Shown here: positions 45,901-57,400 of the stretch, one piece after another
Layout: each line of letters starts with the position of its first letter
Position numbering within the stretch: the stretch's first letter is position 1
Assembly: GCA_965645245.1 (NCBI GenBank)
Contig: OZ287079.1
Span: forward strand, 1,798,001 to 1,862,000
Direction of reading: 5' to 3'
Length of the DNA stretch: 64,000 bases
From: Massalongia carnosa
Lineage: Eukaryota
The notes under the pieces: generated by a model
What the model was told of the DNA's origin: nothing
Databases searched by the model: none
What the model saw: only the letters and a program-made list of their open reading frames with translations
Position numbers and translations under genes: made by a program

Positions 45901-48327
45901 TAGATGCTGAGGACGAAAAACATCGTAGAACCTTTGACGAATTATTTGCAAATTCACCTGCTATCGCGGAAAAGCCTGTTATAACGGAAAAGCCCGGTAT
46001 AGGACTTGATGGGCCATCTAGAAAGAGGCCTCATGACACAGCACCAAACATCCTTCCTACACCTACACCGTCCCTTAGTCCCTCACCAAGCACACTGGGG
46101 GGTGATGGTGATGATGCTACAGGTCTCCCACCGATAATGAGGCGTGCACGTGCTATGAGGCCATTGAGGTCAAGGGACATAGCACCACAGGCTCAAACGA
46201 TTTCAGCAGACCTAGACGACGACCACATCTTACCTGAAGGGTCAAAACGGCAAAGAACCACGCGTCAAAATGTGTACGCAACACAGTTGGAGGAAGTTGG
46301 TCAAGGATCAACAGACCCTTTTCACGCCTCATTTGCAGCCCTCACCATAGGTTCGGCCTATCGTCCAGCTTTAGCATTTACGACCAGGATAGCCTCATCC
46401 TCGGAGCGACCTCATACTCGTCCACATCGAGACAATATGCCAGCCGCGCCGAAAGGGTTCAAGGAACTAGCTAGGCACCCATACTGCGAGGCGTTCAAAG
46501 AGGCAATGCGGGTGGAGATAAAGGAATTACAACGCAAAGGTACGTGGGAAGAGGTGGCTAAGGATGAGGCCATACACAAGCAATCAGTTCCTACCATGTG
46601 GGTCTACAAGTATAAATTTGATGAGGACGGCTGGCTTGTTAAACATAAGGCGCGTTTGGTGGCTAGAGGGGACCTTCAACATACGAATTTCGATACGTAT
46701 GCAGCCACATTAGCTGCACGCCTGTTTCGATTCCTGATGGCCCTCGTCGCATCATTTGACCTAAATACGAGGCAGTACGATGCAGTGAATGCATTTGCTA
46801 ATTCACTAATCAACGAAACAACATACTGTAGGCTTCCACCAGGATGGACTGGCAATTCGAACGTTATATTACGTCTTCTCCGGGCCCTATACGGGCTAAA
46901 ACAGTCACCAGCACTATGGCACAACGATTTATCAAGCACTCTAATAGAGCTAGGGCTAGAACCTCTCCCTGGGGTCGAATGCATTTACACCAACAGCTAT
47001 ATGATAGTGTTTTTCTTCGTAGATGACATATGCGTCATCTATGATAAACGCTACTCGGCATACGTTGATGCTTTCGAAGCAAAACTCTTTAACAAATATG
47101 AAATGAAGGCCTTAGGTGAAATTGAGTGGTTCTTGGGCATACGGGTCACTAGGGATAGGGCCTCAAGGAAACTGTGGCTATGCCAGGACAGTTATATCGA
47201 CAAAATAGGTGCAAAGTTCAACATCACCGGGGTCAATGCAAAGGCCTCGCCGCTACCAGTTGAAGATATTCCCAAATTCAACGGCATCGCCACTGCACAA
47301 GACATATTTCAATACCAAACGAAAGTAGGGCACGTCAATTTCCCTGCGGTTATTACAAGGCCTGATATAGCAAATTCGGCCTCCAAATTATCAGAACATT
47401 TAAACAACCCCTCACCCAGACACATCGAGTTGGTGAATAGGGTGATTGGTTACCTCGTTTCAACAAGGACCTTATCAATCATGTTCGACGGTCGCATAAT
47501 CATACCAAGAGAAGTCATACCAAAAGAAGTCCTGATAGTGAGCAGCGACTCCAGTTTTGCAGACGACCTGCAGACTAGGTACAGCTCGCAGGGCTACGCA
47601 ATGAAGCTATTCGGAGGCCTAATAGACTGGAAGGCCAACAAACAGAAGACGGTTACGCTATCGTCAACTGAGGCTGAATTGCTGGCTATTTCTCAGACCG
47701 CGAAAGAGACTATATGGTGGTCCCGTCTGTTTGAGTTGATTGAATTTGACCTAGGAAATGATCTCACCATTCAATGTGATAACCGTCAAACTATCAGAGC
47801 CCTAATATCAGAAAACCCCCGATTCTCGACTAAGCTAAGGCATGTGGATATTCATTCACATTGGCTACGGCAAGAAGTGATCAATAAGAGGATCTCTTTC
47901 AACTGGGTGCCATCAGCTCAAATTTTGGCCGATGGGTTCACTAAGGCCCTACCCATTCAGCGGCACAAAGAATTCATCAACCTACTAGGACTAGTCAAGG
48001 CAGAAGGGCCTAAACAGCCGTCTCAGGAAGGGCCTAAAAAGGAAGGGCCTTGAAAGCATCAAACTTCACGATAGCATCAGAACTCAGCAAATAGGATCAG
48101 AAATCAACTTCTACACTAATCGCATAGAAGCTGAAGGGGTGTGTGAAACTAAGTGATGATCTTAGGTGGTGGCTCAGGGGCCTGAGGGATAGCATGGCCT
48201 TATTAGGCCTAGTGTGGGCTAGCTCGCCGCACATAATGTAATATTAGCTACTGAGATAGAGCTTTCCTTCTAGACATTCATATTATCAAGAGTTCACCTC
48301 TATTCACGAACCTCACTAGGTTCAACA
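42941..48327 (+). mobile_element. Ty1/Copia element 2, full-length and apparently intact
   Basis: Identical 186-bp LTRs (42941-43126, 48142-48327); TSD GTATT; PBS GTTATGAGCCC; PPT GAAGGGG. Confidence 0.96.
43287..48053 (+). CDS. Copia gag-pol polyprotein (~1588 aa from first ATG)
   Basis: Uninterrupted ORF: protease (HDAASSVHI), WHRIMGH...CETC, RSDNEG/PEQNGHAER integrase, KARLVARG/ALYGLKQSP/FVDD RT, SDSSFAD/SSTEAE/ADGFTK RNase H. Confidence 0.95.
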   Translation: MAASFDNKHRLILNDPKDWVGWLSYIRKSVNGETWKLVDPDLPERPARLQMPALPAKATVNEETGRISSADLEVWKMNKLYYDEEKDLYEKQDKALTRVHTLILESVSARMVNHTAYTEQDPYDTLIALKQRLKPSSASLSLEVERKFHRLAKGPGNQNIEAWLDEWIDMYHEAKRRKIFEITGERAIRDFLLAVKTFNPYYASNRRGFRKNIEIQNQGMAENPILGLGRQQQQFTMEQEIESLREDYRENQTLALRNPAALATQAKPTLKGRDQEGKDKDNKCREGRGPMCLCGDKMFYSNCPYLVPSKAPLGWKEDPEKRKKVDEALKNKETKERVEGFLKRQAEKSKASSSSETANTPTIALRTEGGGAFVTTDNSAFATDISGMETLLIHDAASSVHICNRWSAHLYKKIRDSHSDEYLQSGTDKVRIESWGVMHTAFETPNGLYGASLQNVAYAANFMTSIVSGALLESKNVSLNSRGPHLFTGDDPTKVGFCLHRHGSYLTFSATGLPHPFPEGVAKIEPEPESTATNPSAYATEAIRSKAAEEWHRIMGHPSGETISHLEKSTEGIKVLESEVPKTNQCETCALTKSQRIISRSTNKSEDKTEPFHRISIDLMLFETSLNGHEWATHIACMATDFNILETHRSKSDCREFILNTIAMIKRRFKRDVVFIRSDNEGSFNTAFRDEIKGLGITLEPSSPDTPEQNGHAERKGKMLAIKARALRIEAELPHYLWVEAIHTACYLANRTPMAKHNWKTPYELVTGQKPNLSHLKVYGCKAYALKHHIPRKQKLEPRAHIGYLVGYDSTNIFRIWIPSRRKIIRSRDVLFDEDEVHSLVDPPDLLHFLSTTGDNAPYIITDRMRNALAELDAEDEKHRRTFDELFANSPAIAEKPVITEKPGIGLDGPSRKRPHDTAPNILPTPTPSLSPSPSTLGGDGDDATGLPPIMRRARAMRPLRSRDIAPQAQTISADLDDDHILPEGSKRQRTTRQNVYATQLEEVGQGSTDPFHASFAALTIGSAYRPALAFTTRIASSSERPHTRPHRDNMPAAPKGFKELARHPYCEAFKEAMRVEIKELQRKGTWEEVAKDEAIHKQSVPTMWVYKYKFDEDGWLVKHKARLVARGDLQHTNFDTYAATLAARLFRFLMALVASFDLNTRQYDAVNAFANSLINETTYCRLPPGWTGNSNVILRLLRALYGLKQSPALWHNDLSSTLIELGLEPLPGVECIYTNSYMIVFFFVDDICVIYDKRYSAYVDAFEAKLFNKYEMKALGEIEWFLGIRVTRDRASRKLWLCQDSYIDKIGAKFNITGVNAKASPLPVEDIPKFNGIATAQDIFQYQTKVGHVNFPAVITRPDIANSASKLSEHLNNPSPRHIELVNRVIGYLVSTRTLSIMFDGRIIIPREVIPKEVLIVSSDSSFADDLQTRYSSQGYAMKLFGGLIDWKANKQKTVTLSSTEAELLAISQTAKETIWWSRLFELIEFDLGNDLTIQCDNRQTIRALISENPRFSTKLRHVDIHSHWLRQEVINKRISFNWVPSAQILADGFTKALPIQRHKEFINLLGLVKAEGPKQPSQEGPKKEGP

Positions 48328-48811
48328 GTATTTGATCGGGCAGAAAAATGATGTGAGCGTACATTGAGGGATAGTATGTTATGGGTATGATTGGCTGAAC
48401 GGAGTCTTCTGGAATTCCATGCCTTATAAGCGGATGTAAATAGTACGAGTCATCAAGCTCCCGAGGATGATGTCGAGTAGTCATCGACTGAACGGTGTTA
48501 TTGTACACCCATCCCAAACAGAGCACCTCATCCACAGTCGTACTGGCCCGAAGTCCCCAATGTTTGGATTTAATGGTCATATCCCGCAAAGCCAACAACT
48601 TCGCGGGAAATTTGGAGCCTTTTTTAGCTGTTCCACATGCAGCAATTCCTAGTGATCGACGAGCTTTGAATAGCTTTGTGCTGGTAAAGAAGTTGTCGCA
48701 GAAAACAGTGTAATTCAGTGGTTCAGGAAGTGTTTTACAAAGCTGAATTATCAGCAAAGCACTATCCGAAAGGCCATCCTTTGCTAAAAAGCCCAGTTGT
48801 CTAGCGGTTTT

Positions 48812-49162
48812 TGTCACGGTTCAACCACATCCACCCTGCCGGCGCACTAACCGCTTCCGTTACTCAACCCTTTTAGCAATCATAGGGGCAATCAACGGAG
48901 GTCTGAAAGGACTGAAAGGGACGCATCGGAACGACCTTCTAAAGCAAACACAAATGGATGAAAGGGACAAAGGATAGAAAGACTGTTTGACTAAACTGTT
49001 CACTTATTGATGAAGACATAAGTAGCTGGATCGGGCTAAGCGATTATCTATATGGACCTAGAGAGGGCACCCATTGCTTGTTTCCTTTCTGCATCTTTGA
49101 TATTTTCTAGTGCATAGCTTCCCAGTAGATAGTCAATTCCACATCCTGGTTGAACCGTCACA
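48812..49162. mobile_element. Solo LTR, family C (second copy)
   Basis: Matches 37666-38046; TSD GTTTT / GTGTT (1 mismatch). Confidence 0.85.
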
Positions 49163-49671
49163 GTGTTTAACTGACTGATTTTTGTTACCTGATACGTGTT
49201 AATCATTGCAGTTTATGTTGGGAAAAGCTATAGAAAACAGAGGGTTTTTATAGCAAAAACACGAGGTTTCAGGGAATTATGTCCGAAAGAGATCACGATT
49301 CAGAGATCAAAAGGGGAAAATAAGATATAATTTTTTAGAAAGACACTAACTTTGGAGGCAAATAAAAAAGATATCAAGTAGTTATATTTTAAACCCCTTT
49401 CTAGCCTGCTTTGAGGTTATTTGTAGAGTATGACGTGATCCACCTTCGACTTTAATAAGCTGCTCATCAATTGATATGATGCTTCCTGGTTGATAGTACT
49501 TCAACGAGGCCTGACGAAAATCAGTAGCAAGAGGTTCCAACTTCTTCCACCATCGAGGTTCTGTACGTCCATTATTAAGCTTTAAGAATCTCTTGATTTG
49601 TTGAAATCGTACGAGGGACATGGCTTCTGAAATAGATAGGAAAATAGGCTTGTCGGGGCATTGATTCCAGT

Positions 49672-49841
49672 TGTAACGGTTCGACCATGCGTGGTGCGGA
49701 CGGCAGGACCTACAGCGAACATAGCAGGAGTCCCATTTATAGTAGAATAGAGCTTAGTCTGCGGACTAAGTATTGTGCCTTTTGGTCGGGAGGACATGTG
49801 GCGCAATGGTAGAAATCTATTCACTATCTCGCTTCGTCACA
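49672..49841 (+). mobile_element. LTR family A (left half of composite insertion)
   Basis: Near-identical to 4270-4439. Confidence 0.9.
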
Positions 49842-49845
49842 GAAA

Positions 49846-50089
49846 TGTTATGATCTACCTAGAGACAAGTCATAGGGACGCTAGAAACGAATACAATAAA
49901 GATAAAGAAGGAAAAAGACAATCGACAACCAGAACCTTCCCCTATACATCCTCTACTGCGCTAGTACCCATGTGGTATAGTCGTCATGGAAAATTCTTGT
50001 AGCTGCGGGAACGAAATCGAAAGTGCCTGCGTGTTCCATCTACGATTGCCCTAGGCGGTGTCGAAGTCGTGCCGTGTAGATTCGTGACA
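49846..50089 (-). mobile_element. LTR family B (right half of composite insertion)
   Basis: TGTTATG...CGTGACA; reverse complement related to 22250-22508. Confidence 0.8.
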
Positions 50090-52752
50090 CCAGTAATCTT
50101 CTGTGGCAGACGCATGATCCATGCCAATCAACAAAAGAACGCCCAAAAAAACCTCAATTTCTGGTCCAATGGTGTCATACCATGGGCGATAATTATTCTA
50201 CTTTTCTTTCTCTGTATGGTCGTGGGCCTTGATGTTCGTGTGATAAGCGATAGTCAGACAGAGCTGAGTCGTAATAAAGAGCTGAAAAAATCCAAAAGGA
50301 GTATCAACAAGACCATTCACCAGCGATCTTGGAGGTCTATCATCAATTGAAATAGGTTTGTAACTCGAAAGAGGAGTAGGAATGTCCGCCAAGATGCTTT
50401 TAACAGTGCGTTTGCTATTTATCTTATATTGCTTTGCTGAAACGGGGGATTTGTCTGAAACACTCGGAATTTCTTCTTCATTCAGTCCCATGACGCTGAA
50501 TAAAATATAATATAATGTTTGAAGCAATTGATGGTAGGGAGATTTATTTTCTAATGATAATAATGGTGATGTAGAACGTAAACAAATTTTGATGTTCTTG
50601 ATTACTAACACTATGCGACTAACAGCTAGTGTGGGAGAGAACTGATGCGTATGCGAGATAATTGTAGTACCTGCATGCGCTTGAGCACGTGCATAGCCTT
50701 GGCTCTATCAGCCTGTCATCTATCCCGCCGTGCCCGCATGATGGGCCTTCCATCGGCGAGTCCGTGCCTATATTTTTTTATATAGATGAATCGTGCTTTT
50801 GGAAAGTCTTGGGCGACGAGTTTCTGACCGAGCCTAGGTGCGGTCCTGAGGACGGTAAAGATAGGGGGTTTCAGTCTTATTCAATACAGCCCTGAGCTCT
50901 AATGTCTACAATCTTCCGACGCAGGAATGCCCGGTAACACGCTAGCAGTCTCTACAGGCGCGAAGGATTTTGGCACGATTTCTGGCAACCAAGGCGCTGT
51001 GATCGGTGACGTCTCAGGCTATGCGAAAGTGATTGGTTTGCGTCCTGTTCACATCGATATTGATCTTATGCTAAATCCTGATTAGGCTCTCAGACAAACA
51101 ATATTGTTCAATATCCAGGCAAGTCGCCATTCGCAATGATATAGCGCCCTGTGAGCCAAGGCTGATAGCATTCTGCGTTTGTAGAAAGACCCGATACCCC
51201 ACCAAGCCCATCATCTGCTGTTCCTTTCCGCCGCGACCCTGATTTCGTCGATCGCGGAACGCTACTTGATCAGATCCACGAAAAGTGCTCCGCGCCAGCG
51301 TCAAGGGTAGCGCTTGTCGGCCTAGGCGGCGTTGGGTAAGCCAAAGGGCCTCAGGCTAGTTCTAATAGCTTACTTTCGCAAAGAAAGTCGCAGCTTGCCA
51401 TCGAGTACTGCTATCGAATCAGAGAGCAGTTGCCGACGACGTGGGTGTTCTGGATACACGCTAGTAATGCAGCCCGTATCGAGCAAGGTTATCGGGATGT
51501 TGCAGAGCAAGTCAAGATTCCTGGCAGGGAGGACCCAAAGGCGGACATATTCCGGCTAGTTGACAAGTGGTTACGCGACGAGAAGAACGGAAAGTGGGCT
51601 CTGGTCCTCGACAATGCCGACGAAGCTACTGTGCTTTTCGAAACTCATGCTACAGGCCAGAAGGCGCAGGATGGCGGCATTAGAAGCGGGCTCACGCAAT
51701 CACTGTTAGCATATCTACCTCAGAGTCGAAACGGCTCGATTCTCATCACCTCCCGGACTAAAAGCGTGGCATTGCGGCTAGCAGAAGAAAGCGACATAAT
51801 ACCGGTTGAGCCGATGGACGATACACATGCGCTAGCGCTCCTTGAAAAGAAGCTGGGAGAACAGATGGACAGAGATGATACTGCTGAGCTAGCAGCAGCA
51901 CTCGAATTCATGCCGCTTGCCATCGTTCAAGCGGCCGCATACATTCGACAAAGAGTACCAAGATATTCTGTTCGACAGTACATAAAAGAGTTGTATAAAA
52001 ATGATAAAAGAAAGACCAGTCTGTTGAATCACGAAGCGGGACATCTTCGCAGGGACCTGGAGGCTAAAAATTCAATCATTATAACCTGGCAAATATCGTT
52101 TGATCATATTCATCAGATCAAGCCTTCGGCAGCTAATCTGCTGTCGCTTATGAGCTTTTTCGATCGACAGGGAATTCCTGGGGCATTACTCAAGACACAA
52201 AACGAGGCAGGAAATGAAAATACGGGAGAAAATGCTGGAAATGACGAAGATGATGACCACGAAGACGATAGCGATAAGGATACCGTATCCGATTCCAGCG
52301 TCGACGAGTTTGAAGACGACATACTTGTCTTGAGAAACTTCTCGTTCATCAGCATCAGCATGGATGAAACCACCTTTGAGATGCACGGGCTAGTGCAGCT
52401 AGCGATCAGAAAGTGGCTAGAAGCATCCAATCAGCTCGAAAGATGGAAGCAGCAATACATCAAGAATCTCTGTACAGTATTTCCGACGGGAAATTACGAG
52501 AATTGGACAAAGTGTCAAGCGCTTTTTCCTCACGCGAAGTCGGCAGTAGCGCAGGAGCCAGCTGTCGAAAGCTCATTACAAGATTGGGCCTTGATACTAT
52601 ATCACGCTGCATGGTATGCGTGGGCGAAAGGGAGTTACGCTGAAGCAGCGACAATGGCCCTAAAAGCAACAAGAACCAGGCAAAAAGTGCTTGGTCCAGA
52701 GGATGAAGAGACATTGAATAGTATGACTATGCTAGCCTTGGCATACAAGGGA

Positions 52753-54264
52753 CAAGGACGATGGACGAAGGCCGAAGAGCTGGAGGTGCAAGTGATGACG
52801 ACGAGAAAGAGGGTGCTAGGGGCGGAGCATCCAGACACGCTGAGTAGCATGGCCAATCTTGCGTCGACGTATTCGAATCAAGGACGATGGACGGAGGCCG
52901 AAGAGCTGCAGGTGCAAGTGATGGAGACGAGAAAGAGGGTGCTAGGGGCGGAGCATCCAGACAAGCAGACTAGCATGAACAATCTTGCGTTGACGTATTC
53001 GAATCAAGGACGATGGACGGAGGCTGAAGAGCTGCAGGTGCAAGTGATGGAGACGAGAAAGAGGGTGCTAGGGGCGGAGCATCCTTCCACGCTGACTAGC
53101 ATGGCCAATCTTGCGTCGACGCACAGGAATCAAGGACGATGGACGGAGGCCGAAGAGCTGGAGGTGCAAGTGATGGAGACGAGTGCGAGGGTGCTAGGGG
53201 CGGAGCATCCAGACACGCTGACTAGCATGGCCAATCTTGCGTCGACGTACAGGAATCAAGGACGATGGACGGAGGCCGAAGAGCTGCAGGTGCAAGTGAT
53301 GGAGACGATAAAGAGGGTGCTAGGGGCGGAGCATCCAGACACGCTGACTAGCATGAGCAATCTTGCGTTGACGTACACGAATCAAGGACGATGGACGGAG
53401 GCCGAAGAGCTGCAGGTGCAAGTGATGGAGACGATAAAGAGGGTGCTAGGGGCGGAGCATCCTTCCACGTTGACTAGCATGAACAATCTTGCGTTGACGT
53501 ACACGAATCAAGGACGATGGACGGAGGCCGAAGAGCTGCAGGTGCAAGTGATGGAGACGATAAAGAGGGTGCTAGGGGTGGAGCATCCTTCCACGCTGAT
53601 TAGCATGAACAATCTTGCGTCGACGTACAGGAATCAAGGAAGATGGACGGAGGCCGAAGAGCTGGAGGTGCAAGTGATGGGGACGAGTGCGAGGGTGCTA
53701 GGGGCGGAGCATCCTTCCACGCTGACTAGCATGGCCAATCTTGCGTCGACGTATTCGAATGAAGGACGATGGACGGAGGCCGAAGAGCTGCAGGTGCAAG
53801 TGATGGAGACGAGTGCGAGGGTGCTAGGGGCGGAGCATCCTTCCACGCTGACTAGCATGGCCAATCTTGCGTCGACGTATTCGAATGAAGGACGATGGAC
53901 GGAGGCCGAAGAGCTGCAGGTGCAAGTGATGGAGACGATAAAGAGGGTGCTAGGGGTGGAGCATCCTTCCACGCTGACTAGCATGAACAATCTTGCGTTG
54001 ACGTACACGAATCAAGGACGATGGACGGAGGCCGAAGAGCTGCAGGTGCAAGTGATGGAGACGAGTGCGAGGGTGCTAGGGGCGGAGCATCCTTCCACGC
54101 TGACTAGCATGGCCAATCTTGCGTCGACGCACAGGAATCAAGGACGATGGACGGAGGCCGAAGAGCTGGAGGTGCAAGTGATGGAGACGAGTGCGAGGGT
54201 GCTAGGGGCGGAGCATCCAGACACGCTGACTAGCATGAGCAACCTTGCATTCACGTGGAAGTCT
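52753..54264 (+). repeat. 12 near-identical 126-bp (42-aa) TPR repeats
   Basis: CAAGGACGATGGACG recurs every 126 bp from 52753 to 54139. Confidence 0.95.
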
Positions 54265-54428
54265 CCAAAAAAAACTTTCGCACTTTTTAGCTAGCACTAG
54301 AAATTGCATTCGTTACCCATACAAGCCCTCAATAGTCATTGTGATCACGTAGAATTGCTCCCCGACTCTGTAGCTATCTTGGCCGAAAGTTATATCGTCC
54401 CTTCTGTTGTGGCTGCATTGTGGCAACC

Positions 54429-57400
54429 ATGGGGAGCTCTTTTGTCGTGCCCAACGACGCCCCCCCCGATTCACTAGACGAGCATCGTCACTTCCTCACC
54501 AATGTGCTTAATAACTTAACTAACTGTGAGGCATATCAGAAGCAAAGACCTATGAAGGTTCAGTCTTACACCCCGTTACTCTCCAGTATGCTCAGCCTAC
54601 TGGAGAAGATGCGCAACCAGCCCACAATGGATCAGCTCCAAGCTACCATCAACCAAATAAAGAACACTACAGAGCAAACGCTCACTAAAGTCACCTATGT
54701 CGAGCGCAAGCAAGACACTGCCCGCACAACACCCACTACCTCCTCCGCGGCCACTACTGGCTACAAGAGGACGATAACCTGGGCAGAACGGGCAGCCTTT
54801 GCTGCCTCGGCCCCAACGATCTCTACGCTTTCGGGGACGTCCATCCCCGCTCCTATACTAGAAGAGAAAGCTCGTGAAATCGTCGTGAAACTGAACAATG
54901 AAGCCATAGCAAAGGATCTGGCCAAACTGGCCTCCTCAGCGCTCAAAGACAGAATCAACGCGGCAATATCTAACGCGTTAAAGGATCATAACAACACGAG
55001 AATTCCGACCAATCAAAACGCTCCCGCCCCCCCTATTTCCAATGGCACAGCCAAGGCAGCAGCCGTAGCAATAGCAGCAAGGGTCCTCCCTAGCGGAGAC
55101 CTACATGTAATACAGTGCACCCTGGCTATAACGATTTTGATTTTCCATGAGGTCAAATCGTTATAAGGAGAATATCGTTATACCCAAAGAAAGCTTGAAT
55201 TCCCCCCATTTACTATGTAAAATAGCTATCAATTGTGGTTTGTTTAAGCCCCTGCTTGGTCCTTTGCCTGATAACCCTTTCATGTCGATTTATACGTGAA
55301 ATGAGCTCACTATCACCTTCATCCTGCTGTTCTTCATACAAACGAAGAGTTTGTAGAGCCAAAATAGCCTCATTATGACGAATTCGAGGCATGATTACAT
55401 CCTCCTCATTGGTCTCATAAGCCCTTTCCTCCCTGCTGTACGAATTGACGATGTCGTCGATCAAGACTTCCTCGGTGTCATAAACATCCTCCTCTTGTGG
55501 GTTTAAAAACTGAGTAATAGACATCGCCTTTGCGATTCTATCCTGATGAACCAGATGATGCATTTGTTGAGCCATACTCGAAATGACAGCGTCATATGAA
55601 GAATTATCCTCCTTCACCTCTTGATGCCAGTCCATATTCTCCGCCTCCTCTCTGTTCATTGGACCATATTTAGCACTCAACACCCGAGATTTCACCCAGC
55701 AATTATTGATTGTTGTCTCAGTAACGTCCTGCTCCCATGCGTCAATCCCCCAACGAGTAGCTTGTAAAACGTTCATTGTTTTAGTGGGATCAATGTCTTT
55801 TTCGTATTCAGAACAAATGTAACGCAGCCATCTTCTTCGATAATGAGCTTTCCAGGCATGAATAATGCCTTGATCGAGAGGTTGACATAGAGAGGTTGCA
55901 TTCGCAGGAAGGAAAAGGATTTTCGTGTTTGTAAGACCAGCGGTAAATTCTTCATACAATAAATCGATGCCTGTTAACTCAGTGAGTGAATGAATTCATC
56001 AAATCGTGTTATAGCTGAATCACCTGCTTTATGAGCTGAAAATCCATCTATCAAAAGAATTACCTTGCGTCCTGTCATTCGATTATCAAACCAAAGCAAA
56101 TATTCTTTGAAAATTCGTCCAGTCATCCAGGCCTTTTGATTGAAACGCCAGACCATTCGGAAATTGTAGATGTTAATGCCAGATCGTCCAAAACAGCGAG
56201 GATTTGCGGCTTTTCCAATGAACCATGGAGGAAGTTTGTCCGTGCCGGTCACATTTGTAGTGAAATTGACAGATATTCTGGCTTTTTCGTGTTTACCTCC
56301 AGGTGTTTGCTGAGCGGCAAGCGTACCATCCGGGCTCATCTTTCAAAAAAGACCTGTCTCATCCATATTGAAAATATCGCGATTATCATATTCTTTGAGA
56401 TGCTCACGTATATTCTTTAGCTCAGTCTCTATGACTACATTATCAACAACACCGACCTCGCCATGTCTTCTATATTTTCTGATCTGATGTCGATTTTTGA
56501 AGCCATCCAGCCAGCCAGTAGAGAATTTGGGCTGTTCTTCGTCAGCATATTGAGGAAGCTTACTCCAAAAGATAGCGGCTATCTCTTTAAGAATTTCTCC
56601 TGTTATTGTAGCTTCTTTTCGCATCATTCGTTGCTGCCACTCGAATAAAGCGTCTTCGAGATCTGGCCATTGTGCTGCACGGTTTTTTCTGACCTCTAAA
56701 CGCTGCACCTTATTGTCCAAGTGAGCGAAAGTGGAAGAAAGTGACTCGGATATGGTCGATTGAGAGGGAAAATGATGAAACTGCTGCTCGAACCACTGAC
56801 GAAGTTGCTTATGGGGAGGTCTACCATTTGATTCATCAAAATAGTAATCACGAAGAGCTTTTCGCTCCGCATCGGTGATAGCGCGACGTCTTTTACGAAG
56901 TGGAGGAGGTGAAATGGAGGCCCTGAGGCCATTACTGGCTGATATTGAGGTGGACGAGGACATTTTGATTAGATAAAAATAATTCTGGTTATAACGATGC
57001 ACACCAAAAAAATCCGAGAAGTGCTAACGATATCGGAACAAAGAAGTTATCGTTATTTGTCTAACAAAATAATCGATTCCACAAGGTCAAATCGCTATAA
57101 CCAGATTATCGTTATAACCAAGATCGTTATAGCCAGGGTGCACTGTAGTCAACAATGCCTCAGACACGGAACGCCTAAGAAAAGACACCCGATGGGCCAT
57201 CAGGCTATCGAGCAAAGCTACTATAATACAGCCAAGCTTCGGCTTAATCGCGCACTTTGTACCGGCTAATCTAAGCATGACAGACATCAAGGAACGCCTC
57301 TGGGAGGAAAATAAGTCACATATGCCCGTTAGGAATAGGGTAACAGGAGTAGAATGGTTGTCCCGCACGAGTAAGGCAGGAGCCACAGCTAGATCCATGG

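Larger units (their letters stand above)
42200..50660 (-). mobile_element. piggyBac-like DNA transposon relic with three nested insertions
   Basis: Transposase pieces 50198-50491, 49382-49671 (MSLVRFQQI, SIDEQLI), 48333-48811 (CDNFFTS, ACGT), 42373-42900 (HMGGSD, YWWPLFIFLLD); 16-bp imperfect IR at 42225-42240 / 50624-50639; exact ends uncertain. Confidence 0.75.
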
